Assembly (NCBI GenBank): GCA_903892035.1
Contig: CAITGV010000001.1
Span: forward strand, 18,578-82,577
Reading direction: 5' to 3'
DNA: 64,000 bases
Origin: an uncultured bacterium
Lineage (GTDB): Bacteria; Patescibacteriota; Minisyncoccia; Phycocordibacterales; UBA9973
Shown here one piece after another: positions 10,098 through 19,392 of this stretch. The notes beneath the pieces are model-generated. The model saw nothing but the letters and a program-made list of their open reading frames with translations, searched no databases and had not been told where the DNA came from. Made by a program: the position numbers and the translations under genes. Every line of letters starts with the position of its first letter. Position 1 is the stretch's first letter.

Positions 10098-10869
10098 TAT
10101 TGTATTTTTTAATTATAGAGACTAAATCGTCATGGATTATTCCATTTGAGGCGAGCTGACCTTTTATTTTTCCACCATTTGATTCAATGTTGCCATAAAG
10201 GTCGGTCACAGTGCCCCCAGCTTCCTCTACAATGATTTTTATTGCAACTGTGTCGTGTGGCTCTGTTCCACCAAAAAGTATTGCGGAAAACTCTCCTGCC
10301 GCCACAAGCGCTCCCATAAAAGCAATTGAAAGACCAGCAATAAGTCGTACGTCTCTGCCTCTCAATTCTTCACCGACAGGAAAAAGATTTGCAGGACCTC
10401 CCCACTTTCCAATACCTATTACGGTTCGTTTAAATTCTTTTGATTGCGAAACATGAATTTCTTTTTCATTTAATGTTGCGCCCTTACCTTTTTCTGCAAA
10501 AAACATTCGATCTAAAAATGGATCATAAATCAAACCCAAAATTGGAATTCCTTTTTCAGTCAAAGCTAAAACAAAAGTCGATGTAGGCACACCATGAGAA
10601 AAATTGTGCGTCCCATCCACTGGGTCACAAATCCAAATAAAGTCGCTTGCTGTTTTTACACCATCCCCTTCTTCAGAAATAATATTATGTTCTGGAAAAT
10701 TTTTATTTATTTTTTTTATAACAAGTGAATTAATTGCGTGGTCGGTTTCAGTCACCGGTGAATGATCTTCTTTCCACTTTTTATTCATTCCTAATTTAAA
10801 ATTTTCGCGCATTATAGCCCCTGCTTCATAAGCGACTTCTTGTGCTACTTTTTTATATAAATCAGACAT
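10090..10869 (-). CDS. inositol monophosphatase / FBPase family protein (SuhB-like)
   Basis: WICDPVDGT.NF..G metal-binding motif, WD..AG. Confidence 0.75.
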   Translation of the reverse strand: MSDLYKKVAQEVAYEAGAIMRENFKLGMNKKWKEDHSPVTETDHAINSLVIKKINKNFPEHNIISEEGDGVKTASDFIWICDPVDGTHNFSHGVPTSTFVLALTEKGIPILGLIYDPFLDRMFFAEKGKGATLNEKEIHVSQSKEFKRTVIGIGKWGGPANLFPVGEELRGRDVRLIAGLSIAFMGALVAAGEFSAILFGGTEPHDTVAIKIIVEEAGGTVTDLYGNIESNGGKIKGQLASNGIIHDDLVSIIKKYNIK

Positions 10870-10872
10870 AAA

Positions 10873-11472
10873 TTATTTTTTACCAAAAATCCATCTACGC
10901 AATACTTTTGAAATTGCAACAATAATTGTTATACCAAAAATAATTAATACAATATTTTTCACAATCCCCACTCCCGAAGCTATAAGCTCAATACTATCCT
11001 GAAAAGCGTGCCCAGCCCAAATCAAAAGTGGCACATAAATTATCAAAGCAAAAATTTCATATTTTAAAAATTTCTTCAATGGCACACCAAGCTGTCCTGC
11101 AAAAAATGGTCCGAGAAAACGAAGTTGCACCATAAACCTAGAATAAAAAATAACATTCTCTGGATTTTGTTCAATCCAAGGACGACGACTTTCAAACATT
11201 TTTGCAAAAAATTTATTATAGAAAAGTGTAACCAAACGATTGCCTTTATGCGAAAGTGTGTACATTACTACATCACTCAAAAGTAAACCCAAAATAACCA
11301 GAGGAATTACAATGTAGTTGCTTAGCTCTCCTGCACCGACGACGTAGCCCAAAGCTAGCAAAACTACCTCCTCAGGTACAGGTATTACCACGTTTGCAAG
11401 CATAGAAATACCAAAAATACCCAAATACGATAGGCTTCCCAGCTGTTGTATCAATCCTTGCGTTTCTGTCAT
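10873..11472 (-). CDS. DedA/SNARE-associated (VTT domain) membrane protein
   Basis: 199 aa, multi-TM, DedA-like topology and conserved G..R/F..G.PR-type core. Confidence 0.6.
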   Translation of the reverse strand: MTETQGLIQQLGSLSYLGIFGISMLANVVIPVPEEVVLLALGYVVGAGELSNYIVIPLVILGLLLSDVVMYTLSHKGNRLVTLFYNKFFAKMFESRRPWIEQNPENVIFYSRFMVQLRFLGPFFAGQLGVPLKKFLKYEIFALIIYVPLLIWAGHAFQDSIELIASGVGIVKNIVLIIFGITIIVAISKVLRRWIFGKK

Positions 11473-11512
11473 AAAGTCCTCCTAGTATAGCATCCGCAAA
11501 ACAAATAATAAA

Positions 11513-12628
11513 TTACTTGTTTTTAATGAGATTTTCATAAATATCAACAAATTTTTTATTCACTTTTTCCCATGAAAAATCTTTTATGAAATTATTACCA
11601 TTTTTTTGTAACTTTTTATATAGAGCCGAATCATCTAAAAGTATTTCAACCTTCTTTACAAAATCATTTACATCTCCCGGTACTGCAAGCAAACCATTCT
11701 CACCGTCTGAAACTATAGATTTAGATCCCCCTGCATTTGCAACGACAGGCACAATACCAGAAGCTATAGCTTCTACTGTAACATTTCCAAAAGTCTCTGT
11801 GCTTGAAGGGAACAATAAAATATCAGATGAAGAATAAACTTCTGAAAGCATTCGCCCATCCAAATGACCAAGAAAGATTGCTCCAGGCATAAGTAACATC
11901 AAATCATTTTTTGCTGGTCCGTCCCCCACTACAACCATTTTAAAATCACTTCTATTTCTCCTCAAGACATTATAAGCTTCTGTTAAAATTTTTAATTCTT
12001 TTTCCCAGGCAATACGCGAAACGTGTAAAATTATTTTTTCATCATTTTCTGCAATACTTTTTCTCCAATTTTCACTTCTATATTTTTTATCAAAATTTTC
12101 AAAATCAACTCCCCACATTTGTGTTTCAGCATTCAGAATTTTATGTTTATGTAAATCGAGCATTGAAACTTCTGATGGCGTAGTTAGTATATCCATTTTC
12201 AAATACAATCTTCTAAGTAATTTCCAAACCAAAGGCTCCAGAAATGACATATGATAAAATCTCATTCTTCCAGCAAAATCTGTATGATGAGTCGCCACTA
12301 TCGGAATATTGTTTTTTCTTGCATATTTAAGTGCCGCCCAAGACCCCGTCTCTGGGCTATGCACATGTATTATGTCTGGCTTAAATTCATTTAATACTTT
12401 TTCAAAACCTTTCATTCCAGGAAGTGGAATTTTATATTCTTTATAAAATGGTATTGAAATAGAAGGTACTTCAAAAATTGGTGCATTTGTTATTGATCGA
12501 TCTTCAGCGTGTCCAGTAACTATCACACATTCGTGACCGAGAGCATGCATTTCACGCACAAAAGCCAATATGACCCTAGTCACACCGTCTTCCACTTTTA
12601 AAGTTCCATTGAAATATGCTATTTTCAC
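11513..12628 (-). CDS. GT4 (group 1) glycosyltransferase
   Basis: C-terminal E....G.PVVA...GG....V.DG.NGLL motif of the GT-B GT4 family. Confidence 0.8.
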   Translation of the reverse strand: MKIAYFNGTLKVEDGVTRVILAFVREMHALGHECVIVTGHAEDRSITNAPIFEVPSISIPFYKEYKIPLPGMKGFEKVLNEFKPDIIHVHSPETGSWAALKYARKNNIPIVATHHTDFAGRMRFYHMSFLEPLVWKLLRRLYLKMDILTTPSEVSMLDLHKHKILNAETQMWGVDFENFDKKYRSENWRKSIAENDEKIILHVSRIAWEKELKILTEAYNVLRRNRSDFKMVVVGDGPAKNDLMLLMPGAIFLGHLDGRMLSEVYSSSDILLFPSSTETFGNVTVEAIASGIVPVVANAGGSKSIVSDGENGLLAVPGDVNDFVKKVEILLDDSALYKKLQKNGNNFIKDFSWEKVNKKFVDIYENLIKNK

Positions 12629-12633
12629 AAATT

Positions 12634-13227
12634 TTAGGCTAATTCTTTCGTAACCGAAGAAGCAAATTTATTGTACGCGAAATATATCAAAAAGAAAACT
12701 ATCACAATACCAAAAAGAGCATACTCACTATTTTTTATAAGACCACCCAATTGCTGATATGCTTTTGCAAAATAAAAACCAAGCATTGCAAAAAGAATTG
12801 ATTTTGGAAGAGTTATCAGTAGTGATGCCCTTACAAATTTCTTTATTGGTGCTCGCACAGAACCGATAAGTATCAAACCCGGAATTGGAATCAGTGGAGA
12901 AACTTTTACCAATACCATCGTTTTATTTAAATGCCCATGCAAAAGATTTGTCATTTTCTCTACTCTTACGGGTGTAAGTCCCATCTTACTTCCATAGCGA
13001 CTGATCAAATGTGCTCCGCCAAAGTACCCAATTGCATAATAAACACAATCCGCAGCGAGGTCACCTAAAACCGAAACACCAATTATAAAAAAAATATTAA
13101 AATACCCAAGTGCTACCGCAACTCCCGCTGCTGTTGTAACTATTGGACCCTCAATAAAACAAGCGACAAAAAAGAGAAGGTAGCCATGCGCAATAACCCA
13201 ATTTAATATTGTAGGAAATGTACCCAT
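12634..13227 (-). CDS. DedA/SNARE-associated membrane protein (second copy)
   Basis: 197 aa, multi-TM; similar architecture to the 10873..11472 protein. Confidence 0.6.
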   Translation of the reverse strand: MGTFPTILNWVIAHGYLLFFVACFIEGPIVTTAAGVAVALGYFNIFFIIGVSVLGDLAADCVYYAIGYFGGAHLISRYGSKMGLTPVRVEKMTNLLHGHLNKTMVLVKVSPLIPIPGLILIGSVRAPIKKFVRASLLITLPKSILFAMLGFYFAKAYQQLGGLIKNSEYALFGIVIVFFLIYFAYNKFASSVTKELA

Positions 13228-13228
13228 A

Positions 13229-13885
13229 TTAAATTACTTTCATATCTCCAGTAATCTGAAATCTGTGAAAATCCTTTTTGAAAAAATACTTTCCCATTGT
13301 GAAAATAGTGAAGGTTATAAAATACGCTCCAAAAACATCAATCGAATAGTGATAGTGCCCCATCAATACAACACAAGCAAAAAATACTGACGATGCAAGA
13401 CAAATATAACGTATGGTTTTATTGTTCCAAAAAATTAATGCCATCAAAAAAGGAAGACCTGTATGAGCTGAGAAAAAGAAATCATTACCAGTTGCAAATT
13501 TATTAAAAAAACCTTGACTGCTGACAATTATCTGACCAGGCCATGGACCAATATGAGTAAGACTTATAAAAAATGCTCGAATTACCAAAAAAAGACTAAT
13601 CGTCTTAAATGTAAATGGAATTTTTCTTGGAAAATATATTCCAATAGAAAAAATAAATAACCAAAAAATAATTGGTCCATATATAAATAACGCATCTACA
13701 TCATAGACGCGGATATTGCTCAATATTATATCTGTGACAGCATTACTGGCTTTTTCTGTGGCATAAGCTCCAGCAGAAAGATTAATATATGTTGCAATGA
13801 CTAGCATTACAATAGAAAAAACAACAGATAATAAAAAATCCTTGTCATTAAAATGAGAACGATATTTTCGAAAACGTTCCTTCAT
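13229..13885 (-). CDS. PAP2-superfamily membrane protein with sphingomyelin-synthase-like PAP2_C motifs
   Basis: GNDFFFSAHTG (cf. CGDxxxSGHT) and HYHYSIDVFGAYFI (cf. HYTxDVxxxY) in a 6-TM protein. Confidence 0.55.
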   Translation of the reverse strand: MKERFRKYRSHFNDKDFLLSVVFSIVMLVIATYINLSAGAYATEKASNAVTDIILSNIRVYDVDALFIYGPIIFWLFIFSIGIYFPRKIPFTFKTISLFLVIRAFFISLTHIGPWPGQIIVSSQGFFNKFATGNDFFFSAHTGLPFLMALIFWNNKTIRYICLASSVFFACVVLMGHYHYSIDVFGAYFITFTIFTMGKYFFKKDFHRFQITGDMKVI

Positions 13886-13934
13886 AATACCCCCTACTAT
13901 AGCATTTTTTGTGTTTTAAATATAGAATAGAGCG

Positions 13935-14672
13935 ATGAAAGGAATAATACTAGCTGCGGGGAAAGGGACAAGGATGTTGCCGGCGACAAGCGTGGTCAAT
14001 AAAAACCTTATACCAATATTAAATATTCCACTTATTACATATTCTGTGGAAGCACTGGTAGCCCTTGGGGTAGATAAAATAATGATAGTTGCTAGTAAAA
14101 ATGATTTGGGTCCTATCGCCTCTTATCTTGGCGACGGTTCGGATTTCGGAGTAAATTTTAATTATTCAATACAAAAAGAACAAAAAGGAATTTCACATGC
14201 AATTTTGGTTGCGCGAGATTTTATCAGAGAAAATGAAAATTTTGCAGTGTGCCTTGCAGACAATATTTTCGATGCAGATTTTATAAAAAACAATTTTGGA
14301 AATATACTTTCAAAAAATGACGGCAACACTCACATATTTGCAAAAAAAGTTGACGACCCAAAGCGTTTCGGTGTAGCAGTAATTGAAAATGATAAAGTCA
14401 CTGGCGTCGAAGAAAAACCACAAAACCCAAAAAGTGACCTAGCTGTAACGGGCTTATATATTTTTCCACAAAGTGTATTTGGTATCATCGATACTCTAAA
14501 ACCCTCAGCTCGAGGCGAGTACGAGGTCACAGATGCAATACTAGACTACGTAAACAACGGTCTTTGCACTCATCATATTCTAGATGGTTTTTGGTCAGAT
14601 GCTGGCACACCAGAATCCCTGCTTGCTGTAGCAAATCACATGTTTGCCAAAGCAAAAAAATCCAATATATGA
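13935..14672 (+). CDS. sugar-phosphate nucleotidyltransferase (RmlA/GlmU N-terminal-like)
   Basis: MKGIILAAGKGTRM N-terminal nucleotide-binding motif. Confidence 0.75.
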   Translation: MKGIILAAGKGTRMLPATSVVNKNLIPILNIPLITYSVEALVALGVDKIMIVASKNDLGPIASYLGDGSDFGVNFNYSIQKEQKGISHAILVARDFIRENENFAVCLADNIFDADFIKNNFGNILSKNDGNTHIFAKKVDDPKRFGVAVIENDKVTGVEEKPQNPKSDLAVTGLYIFPQSVFGIIDTLKPSARGEYEVTDAILDYVNNGLCTHHILDGFWSDAGTPESLLAVANHMFAKAKKSNI

Positions 14673-14715
14673 TAAAATATTTACGTTTGATATTTATCAT
14701 TAATTAAATATTTAT

Positions 14716-15894
14716 ATGCATATTGCACAGCGAATGTCGCGTTTGGGTACAGAGACAGCATTTGAAGTTTTAGCAAAAGCCAGAGCCCTAGAAGCACAAG
14801 GTAAAAGTATTGTCCATTTAGAAATTGGTGAACCAGATTTTGATACACCAAAAAATATTGTTGAGGCTGGAAAAAAAGCTCTCGATGATGGTTTTACACA
14901 CTATGGACCTTCTGCAGGCCTAGTACCTGCTCGCCAAGCAATTGCAGACTATGTAATGAAAACTCGTCCTGGTTTTTCGTGTAATGTGGACGAAGTAGTT
15001 ATCTGCCCTGGTGCAAAACCAATAATGTTTTATGTAATTATGGCTTCGGTTGACGAAGGTGATGAAGTTATTTATCCTTGTCCGGGCTTCCCTATTTATG
15101 AATCAATGATAAATTTTGTCGGTGGTAAACCAGTACCACTTCAACTCAAAGAAGAAAAAGGTTTTCGTTTCGATATTGAAGATCTAAAATCTCTCATCAC
15201 TCCAAAAACTCGCCTCCTCATAATGAATACTCCGCAAAATCCAACGGGAGGAATTTTAACAAAAGAAGATATCGAAGCAGTAGCAAAACTTGCAATTGAA
15301 AATGACATTATGGTTTTGTCTGATGAAATTTATTCTCAAATTACTTATGGAGATTTCAAACACTATTCATTTCTTCAAGTTCCAGGAATGAAAGAGCGCA
15401 CAATTCTCCTAGATGGTTTTTCAAAAGCTTATGCGATGACAGGTTGGAGACTTGGATACGGAGTAATGCCAGCAGATTTTGCAAAACTTGTTTCAAAACT
15501 TCAAACAAATTCTGCAAGTTGTACGGCAAGCTTTACACAAATGGCAGGTGTTGAAGCTCTCCAAGGTCCGCAAGAATCTGTCACAAAAATGGTAAAAGAA
15601 TTCCAAATTCGTCGTGATGCAATAGTCGATGGACTAAATTCAATTCCTGGTTTTCGATGCCACAAACCAGAAGGTGCATTTTATGTTTTCCCAAATATTG
15701 AAGGCACTGGTATGTCTTCACAAAAAATGGCCGACTTTCTACTAAACGAAGCTGGTGTCGCCTGCCTTTCTGGTACAGCCTTTGGCGCTCACGGTGAAGG
15801 CTTCATCCGCTTCTCTTATGCAAACTCTCTCGCAAATATAAACGAAGCAATTTCTCGAATTAAGGAAGCCGTCAAAAAACTGCCAACAAAATAA
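14716..15894 (+). CDS. PLP-dependent aminotransferase class I (aspartate aminotransferase-like)
   Basis: SKAYAMTGWRLGY lysine-region motif; 392 aa. Confidence 0.85.
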   Translation: MHIAQRMSRLGTETAFEVLAKARALEAQGKSIVHLEIGEPDFDTPKNIVEAGKKALDDGFTHYGPSAGLVPARQAIADYVMKTRPGFSCNVDEVVICPGAKPIMFYVIMASVDEGDEVIYPCPGFPIYESMINFVGGKPVPLQLKEEKGFRFDIEDLKSLITPKTRLLIMNTPQNPTGGILTKEDIEAVAKLAIENDIMVLSDEIYSQITYGDFKHYSFLQVPGMKERTILLDGFSKAYAMTGWRLGYGVMPADFAKLVSKLQTNSASCTASFTQMAGVEALQGPQESVTKMVKEFQIRRDAIVDGLNSIPGFRCHKPEGAFYVFPNIEGTGMSSQKMADFLLNEAGVACLSGTAFGAHGEGFIRFSYANSLANINEAISRIKEAVKKLPTK

Positions 15895-15899
15895 AAATA

Positions 15900-16003
15900 C
15901 AACCCCCCTAGCCCCCTTATCAGGGGGAGTATATACAAATACAAAAAAACTTGTCAGCAGTTCCTTCCTTGATAAGGGAAGGTGCCCAAAGGGCGGATGG
16001 GTT
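15900..16003 (+). repeat. structured intergenic repeat, copy A (hairpins CCCCCT-TATC-AGGGGG, CCTTCC-TTGATAAG-GGAAGG, GCCC-AAA-GGGC)
   Basis: Near-identical to segments at 45526-45600 and (inverted) 50534-50634; sits between convergent stop codons. Confidence 0.6.
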
Positions 16004-16026
16004 TAATAAACAACTATTTATATTTT

Positions 16027-16473
16027 TTACTCACTCTTATTTGCAACCTTTGACTGATATGTGTCTGAAATAGCATTAAGTGCCGCTTGATTTTCTTTTA
16101 CAAAACGTTGCCAGATTAATTTATCCTTATCTGAAAAAACATTTTTAGGACGACGCATGTCAATCAATAAATTAATATTCGATCCACTTTTAGGATTTTT
16201 ATTTTCAAAATCGATAGCTTTGCGTGTTTCTTGATATGCTAGAAATATATTATAAATTAGTGAATCACCCAACTGATTGGCGTTTACTAAATATTTTGAC
16301 AATATATTTTTTATTGCTTCATTTCTTTCTGCTGCTGGAGATTTCATTTCTATATTTTCTGACGTGTTTTCAGTAGGCTGTGAGTTGTTTACTACAACAG
16401 AAAGATTACTCGAATTATTATCTGGAAAAGGAATCTCTGGCCCTAAATTTGGTACACGATTTAAGTTTCTCAT
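16027..16473 (-). CDS. hypothetical protein (148 aa)
   Basis: ORF track only; N/S/Q-rich N-terminus; no recognised domain. Confidence 0.35.
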   Translation of the reverse strand: MRNLNRVPNLGPEIPFPDNNSSNLSVVVNNSQPTENTSENIEMKSPAAERNEAIKNILSKYLVNANQLGDSLIYNIFLAYQETRKAIDFENKNPKSGSNINLLIDMRRPKNVFSDKDKLIWQRFVKENQAALNAISDTYQSKVANKSE

Positions 16474-16546
16474 ACCACAATTCTACGCCTAATATTAGGT
16501 TTTGTCTACAATTAATTTTTATAGAGCATTGTGGTATAGTAACCAT

Positions 16547-17809
16547 ATGAATAAAAATTATGATGTAAAAGATTTGAATCTTGCAAAAGCTGGTAAAGCA
16601 AGAATCGAATGGGCTTTTAAGGATATGCCAGTATTAGGAACTATTGCAAAGGATTTCGACAAAAGAAAGCCACTAAAAGGAGTGAAAATTGCTGCATGTT
16701 TACACGTCACAGCAGAAACCGCAAACCTTGGTATTGTATTAAAAAAAGCTGGGGCGGATGTTTATCTTTGCGCTTCAAACCCCCTCTCGACTCAGGACGA
16801 CGTCGCTGCATCACTTGTAAAAGATTTTGGAATAAAGGTTTTCGCAATCAAAGGTGAAGATTCAAAAACATATTTTTCACATATTAAAGCAGTACTAGAT
16901 TCTCATCCACAAATTGTAATGGACGACGGAGCTGACCTTGTTTCAGAACTACACAAAAACCGCGTTGATCAAATTAAAGAAATCGTCGGAAGTACAGAAG
17001 AAACAACTACTGGAGTTATCAGACTTATTTCTCTTGCAAAAGAAGGAAAACTTAAATTCCCTGTTGTTGGTGTAAATGAATCAAAAACAAAACACATGTT
17101 CGACAATCGTTACGGTACTGGTCAGTCCACTCTCGATGGTATCATCCGTGCGACAAACAAACTTCTTGCTGGACAAGTTTTTGTAGTCGCTGGATATGGC
17201 TGGTGTGGAAAAGGTCTCGCAATGCGAGCACGTGGAATGGGCGCGCACGTTATCGTGACAGAAATTGACCCATTAAAAGCCCTAGAAGCAAATATGGATG
17301 GTTTTCAAGTAATGTCTATGATTGATGCTTGCAAGAAGGCAGATTTCATTTGTACTGTTACTGGAAATAAACACGTCATAGATTCTTCCCACTTCAAAGC
17401 AATGAAGGATGGTTGTATTATTTCAAATTCAGGACACTTCGACATTGAAATAAATCTTGTGGCTTTGAAAAAAATGTCAAAGAAAATTTCAAATGTACGA
17501 CCATTTGTAGAAGAATACGATTTAGGAAATAAAAAGATTTGCGTTTTGGCTGATGGCCGACTTGTAAACCTCGCTAGTGCTGAGGGTCACCCATCTAGCG
17601 TAATGGATATGAGTTTTGCAAATCAATCATACGGCGCAGAATACATTTGGAAAAACGCATCAAAACTTTCCCACACTGTCCACACTCTCCCAGAAGAAAT
17701 TGATGCAAAAATTGCAAAATTGAAACTTTCAGCTTTAGGAATTAAAATTGATACTCTTACACCTGACCAGAAAAAATATTTGGGAAGCTGGGAAGAAGGC
17801 ACAAACTAA
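16547..17809 (+). CDS. ahcY: adenosylhomocysteinase (SAH hydrolase)
   Basis: Classic AhcY motifs ([22 protein letters not shown]-binding glycine loop). Start placed at the internal [10 protein letters not shown], which matches family N-termini. Confidence 0.9.
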   Translation: MNKNYDVKDLNLAKAGKARIEWAFKDMPVLGTIAKDFDKRKPLKGVKIAACLHVTAETANLGIVLKKAGADVYLCASNPLSTQDDVAASLVKDFGIKVFAIKGEDSKTYFSHIKAVLDSHPQIVMDDGADLVSELHKNRVDQIKEIVGSTEETTTGVIRLISLAKEGKLKFPVVGVNESKTKHMFDNRYGTGQSTLDGIIRATNKLLAGQVFVVAGYGWCGKGLAMRARGMGAHVIVTEIDPLKALEANMDGFQVMSMIDACKKADFICTVTGNKHVIDSSHFKAMKDGCIISNSGHFDIEINLVALKKMSKKISNVRPFVEEYDLGNKKICVLADGRLVNLASAEGHPSSVMDMSFANQSYGAEYIWKNASKLSHTVHTLPEEIDAKIAKLKLSALGIKIDTLTPDQKKYLGSWEEGTN

Positions 17810-18768
17810 TGCAAAATAAAAATTCAAAAATAAATAATAAATGCGCTCTCGTTTATGGAGGTGTAGTGCTTGATACTTTATTTGATTTAAATGGAAATAT
17901 TCACGATCAAATACTTATTAAAAATGACAAAATTGGAAAACAAAATTTAATGTTCAATGCTAAAGAGAAACAGGTTTATTATGGTGGTACTGCGGGAAAT
18001 ATTGCCTACGGACTTGGACTCTTAGGTGAAAAAGCATTACTTGCATCAATAGCTGGAAGAGATTTTTCTGATTATGCAAAACATATAAAACACAATGGCA
18101 TTGAAAATAGAATATACATTGATGAAAATGGATACACTGCCACCTTCTATGGGATGACAGATGCAAATAAAGAACAAATTGGAGTATTTCAAGGAAATAG
18201 TTATTATACGCACGCAAACTCAATCCCACTCGCTCGACTACTTAAACAAGATGATTGGGCAAAAATTAAAATTGCAATTTTCTCCCCAGGTACCGCAGAA
18301 AGTATCACTCGCAACATAAAGGAATTTCGTACAAATGTAAAAGACAATGCTGTTGTAATTCTCGATCCCGGACAAATGCTTGCAATAGATTTTACTCCAA
18401 GATTAATTGAGCAAGCGATAAAAAATTCGGATATGCTTATACTAAACGAAAATGAAGATCATTATTTGAAAACGCATTTGAAAATCACAAATGAAAAAAT
18501 GTGGAACTTAGGTTTGAAATATTACATCGTGACTCTTGCCGAAAAAGGAAGTGTGCTCCACACACGTGAAAGTAGTGAAAAAATTCCTGCTCAAAAAGTA
18601 AAAAAAGTTATAGACCCTACTGGCGCAGGTGACGCTTATCGCGCAGGTCTAATTTACGGTCTTATTGCAGAAATGCCACTACTGAAATCTATGGCACTCG
18701 GTGCCAAAATGGGCGCTCGTGCTATCACCCAAAAAGGTGGACAGACATATAGAATACTTTCTAAATAG
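17809..18768 (+). CDS. PfkB-family carbohydrate/nucleoside kinase (adenosine-kinase-like)
   Basis: DPTGAGDAYRAGLIYG C-terminal PfkB motif; translationally coupled to ahcY (overlapping stop/start). Confidence 0.7.
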   Translation: MQNKNSKINNKCALVYGGVVLDTLFDLNGNIHDQILIKNDKIGKQNLMFNAKEKQVYYGGTAGNIAYGLGLLGEKALLASIAGRDFSDYAKHIKHNGIENRIYIDENGYTATFYGMTDANKEQIGVFQGNSYYTHANSIPLARLLKQDDWAKIKIAIFSPGTAESITRNIKEFRTNVKDNAVVILDPGQMLAIDFTPRLIEQAIKNSDMLILNENEDHYLKTHLKITNEKMWNLGLKYYIVTLAEKGSVLHTRESSEKIPAQKVKKVIDPTGAGDAYRAGLIYGLIAEMPLLKSMALGAKMGARAITQKGGQTYRILSK

Positions 18769-18786
18769 AAGTGATATAATATTGAT

Positions 18787-19392
18787 ATGAAAAATGGAGC
18801 AAAAATTTTGTTTCTACTTGTAACCATAGTCTTGGTTGCATATGTTTTTATACATAGTTCTATTATAAAGTCGAGTCAAATTGCACAATATAAAAAAATT
18901 AACCAAGATGTCACAAATTATGCAAATACAACAATCGATAGACTCAAAAAAGGTTTAGTTACACTTCCAAAATGGAATACTCTCGTAGGCTTAGATAATA
19001 CAAATAATTTATTTACTGCTCCAGATGGAACAAAAGGCACCGTTGTTTTAGATAGCAGTAATATGCAGACAAAATTTGTTCCAGGGGTAATGAACCAAAC
19101 ACAACCCAGAATGGACGCTCTAGTACCAATGTCAGTCACAAATGACGTAAACGGTGGATCTACCTATATAGTGCTCTACTGGGACCGTGGTGATGCTACA
19201 ATAGAGAAATCATATGCAAGACTGGGTGGCACAAATGTAACAGTTCAAAAAATTACTACCATGCCTGCGCAAACTCCAAATCAAGAATATATAGCAGATA
19301 TTGTGTTTACTCAAAAGGGTGGGACTCAAAAAGAAACATTAATTCCTATAATTGATGGGAAATTTGACCCCACTGGCACCATAACAAAATAA
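18787..19392 (+). CDS. exported or N-terminally anchored hypothetical protein (201 aa)
   Basis: N-terminal TM/signal segment ILFLLVTIVLVAYVFI; no recognised domain. Confidence 0.4.
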   Translation: MKNGAKILFLLVTIVLVAYVFIHSSIIKSSQIAQYKKINQDVTNYANTTIDRLKKGLVTLPKWNTLVGLDNTNNLFTAPDGTKGTVVLDSSNMQTKFVPGVMNQTQPRMDALVPMSVTNDVNGGSTYIVLYWDRGDATIEKSYARLGGTNVTVQKITTMPAQTPNQEYIADIVFTQKGGTQKETLIPIIDGKFDPTGTITK

